A stretch of DNA of 64,000 bases from the IMG/VR virus record IMGVR_UViG_3300005998_000005, positions 940 through 64,939 of that record. One strand, 5' to 3'. Source of the DNA: a virus. The position numbers and the translations under genes were made by a program. Shown here piece by piece: positions 62,423 to 64,000 of this stretch (the first letter of the stretch is position 1; every line of letters starts with the position of its first letter). A model generated the notes under the pieces. That model was not told where the DNA came from, searched no databases, and saw nothing but the letters and a program-made list of their open reading frames with translations.

Positions 62423-63314
62423 TCGACTGGAAACGGCCATAGAGCGGTTCTGTGCCCACCTGTCGGCCGAAAACAAAGCGGCCGGGACGGTGACCGCATA
62501 CCGGCGGGATCTGCGACTGGTGGCCTGTGTGGCCGAATCCTTCCAGTCCGGACTCTGCTGCCAAGATGTGACTCCCGGTCTGCTGGATCGGGCTTTATCC
62601 TCGCCAGAGCTTTTGACCACAAACTCGGGAGCACGATCACCGGCATCGGTGCATCGGTTGAAGGCGGCGGTCCGCTCATTCTTCACATGGACAACCGATG
62701 CCGGGCTTACATCTGAAAACCCGGCCCGGTCGGTTCGTATGAAAAGGCTGGCGCAGAAGCCTCCGGTATTTCTTACGGCTTCAGAAAAGAAGGGATTGCT
62801 GAAAGAGGTAAAAGGCCGCACGGGCTTTGCCGGAATGCGGGACCGGGTCATGATCGAAGTCCTGCTTGGCACCGGTATCCGCATCGGTGAGCTTGAAGCG
62901 CTGGACACGGACGATATAGACCTCGATGCAAAGCATCTGAGAGTCAGAGCCAAAGGGAATGTGGTGCAGGTCAAATTCATAAAAACCGACCTCCGCATCC
63001 TGCTGAAAAGATATTTGAAAGAACGATCCCGGCAAAGCACAGCGCCATGCAGCGCACTGTTTCTGTCCAATAGAGGAACACGTCTTTGCCAGCGGCAGAT
63101 AGCCAACCGAATAGCCTTCTGGCTGAGGAAGGCCGGTATTGAAAAGAACCTGACTCCGCATGGTCTGCGGCATACGTTTGCAACCCACCTATACGGAGCC
63201 ACCAGTGACCTGCTTGTCGTGCAGAGGGCGCTGGGGCACCGGGATATTTCAACGACCCAGATCTACACCCACCTTGTCGATGGTCAGCTCGAGGATGCGC
63301 TCGAACGACTTTGA
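62406..63314 (+). CDS. XerC-like tyrosine recombinase
   Basis: Catalytic set intact: TGIRIGEL (R), AKG (K), HGLRH, LGH, TQIY. Confidence 0.93.
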   Translation: MPNSSDRLETAIERFCAHLSAENKAAGTVTAYRRDLRLVACVAESFQSGLCCQDVTPGLLDRALSSPELLTTNSGARSPASVHRLKAAVRSFFTWTTDAGLTSENPARSVRMKRLAQKPPVFLTASEKKGLLKEVKGRTGFAGMRDRVMIEVLLGTGIRIGELEALDTDDIDLDAKHLRVRAKGNVVQVKFIKTDLRILLKRYLKERSRQSTAPCSALFLSNRGTRLCQRQIANRIAFWLRKAGIEKNLTPHGLRHTFATHLYGATSDLLVVQRALGHRDISTTQIYTHLVDGQLEDALERL

Positions 63315-63371
63315 CCGCATCCTTGACCTGAACATTCGGAGCGGCTCCTGCTGCTCCTTTTTCGTTCCCGG

Positions 63372-63456
63372 GGCGCATATTAAAATTGCGCCGTATGCCG
63401 TTATGTGCGCATAAGCCAATAAAGTTGATTTTCTTGTGTATGGTCTTATGCGCATA
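63372..63456. repeat. Cluster of GCGCA(TA) palindromes downstream of the recombinase
   Basis: GGCGCA-N9-TGCGCC (63372-63392), TTATGTGCGCATAA (63401-63414), TATGCGCATA (63447-63456). Confidence 0.65.
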
Positions 63457-63580
63457 GGGTTGGAAGGAATTGATGCTGAACCAATGGTTTGCACCTTCCA
63501 TTCGAGAAATTTTATTTAACTGAAATTTCCGGGAACACGTCTTATCTGAAATTCCTGCCATCGTGAGCCTCCATAACTGC

Positions 63581-64000
63581 CTAATCCTTCGCGCTCTTTC
63601 TTTTTGAGGCTCTGGTGTTATCTGAACTTTTTTTCGGCTTTTTCACGGAAGTGGTCTTCTGGGCGGCGGCTTCACTCACTTTTTCAAGAAGAGCGGAGGC
63701 CCATTCGGCCGGTGACGTTTGCGGACCTTTCGGCTCCTCACCCTCGCGGGCAATCTTGGTGGTCTTGAGATCCTTCATGTGACAGCGAATCATCCGGTCG
63801 AGACTCTCGGCGGCCTGTGTGTTTCCTTCGATCTGAGCACGAACCAGCTTCACCGAGTAGATGCCCACCAGCTCGACCTGAAGGAAGTCGCTGGATTTAT
63901 TGAATTGAAAATCCTCATGCAGCTTTTCGATGATGCTGTCGAACATGACCTTCTCTTCCGGAGTCAGGCAGCGGTCGGCAAAGATGCCATGCTTGAGCGT
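63581..64000 (-). CDS. Probable terminase small subunit (5'-partial)
   Basis: Frame is open to the window edge and reads TLKHGIFADR, resembling the NxxKHG motif of TerS proteins; upstream of terL. Confidence 0.55.
   Translation of the reverse strand, partial: TLKHGIFADRCLTPEEKVMFDSIIEKLHEDFQFNKSSDFLQVELVGIYSVKLVRAQIEGNTQAAESLDRMIRCHMKDLKTTKIAREGEEPKGPQTSPAEWASALLEKVSEAAAQKTTSVKKPKKSSDNTRASKRKSAKD

Larger units (their letters stand above)
22870..64000 (-). mobile_element. Myovirus-type (pro)phage head and tail region, partial, with three inserted cassettes
   Basis: Canonical order terS-terL-portal-gp7-protease-capsid-neck-sheath-tube-TMP-baseplate; continues beyond the right edge. Confidence 0.92.

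Noticed and set aside
61676-63202. 508-aa minus-strand ORF
   Set aside because: Antisense shadow of the three well-supported plus-strand recombinase cassette genes; no motifs
63401-63431. Canonical chromosomal dif site
   Set aside because: Only the XerC-like arm matches; the sequence at the XerD position (AAAGTTGATTT) is poor, so it is kept only as a putative recombinase site
1-64000. CRISPR array, tRNA/rRNA genes, DGR or retron
   Set aside because: No regularly spaced repeats, RNA-gene signatures or reverse transcriptase were seen; the five-copy motif is dispersed, and the Cas4-like domain has no cas neighbours

Overview
The window is almost entirely minus-strand accessory DNA in two blocks. 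(1) 92-22567: a tightly coupled defence island of about 14 genes. In transcription order it holds a Xis-family HTH, a type I R-M system (hsdM, KilA-N, hsdS, hsdR), SIR2, HerA, SbcD, SbcC, a DUF2779-like nuclease, a small ORF, HARE-HTH/Mrr, McrB, McrC and an ADP-ribosylglycohydrolase. (2) 22870-64000: the morphogenesis region of a myovirus-type (pro)phage. It holds partial terS, terL, portal, gp7/MuF, a DNA-methyltransferase-prohead-protease-scaffold fusion, decoration protein, major capsid, neck, sheath, T4-gp19-like tube, a frameshifted chaperone, tape measure, endolysin, an eCIS-like baseplate (VgrG/gpV, PAAR, gp25, J, I) and a DUF4815-like protein. Three inserts sit at module junctions: a plus-strand tyrosine-recombinase cassette (terS|terL), an AbiE type IV TA pair (terL|portal), and a csoR/rcnR-dmeF metal-efflux moron whose promoter is split by a deleted IS5-family element. 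Non-coding highlights are a five-copy bipartite late-promoter motif with an invariant 14-nt spacer, a 145-bp highly structured element inserted in sbcC, phased repeats around the island promoter, and a U UUU UUA -1 frameshift site. At least a dozen genes carry frameshifts or premature stops, so this is either a decaying element or an error-prone assembly. The host is probably Desulfobacterota-like (weak inference from gene style only). Product calls rest on motifs recognised by eye; no database searches were run.
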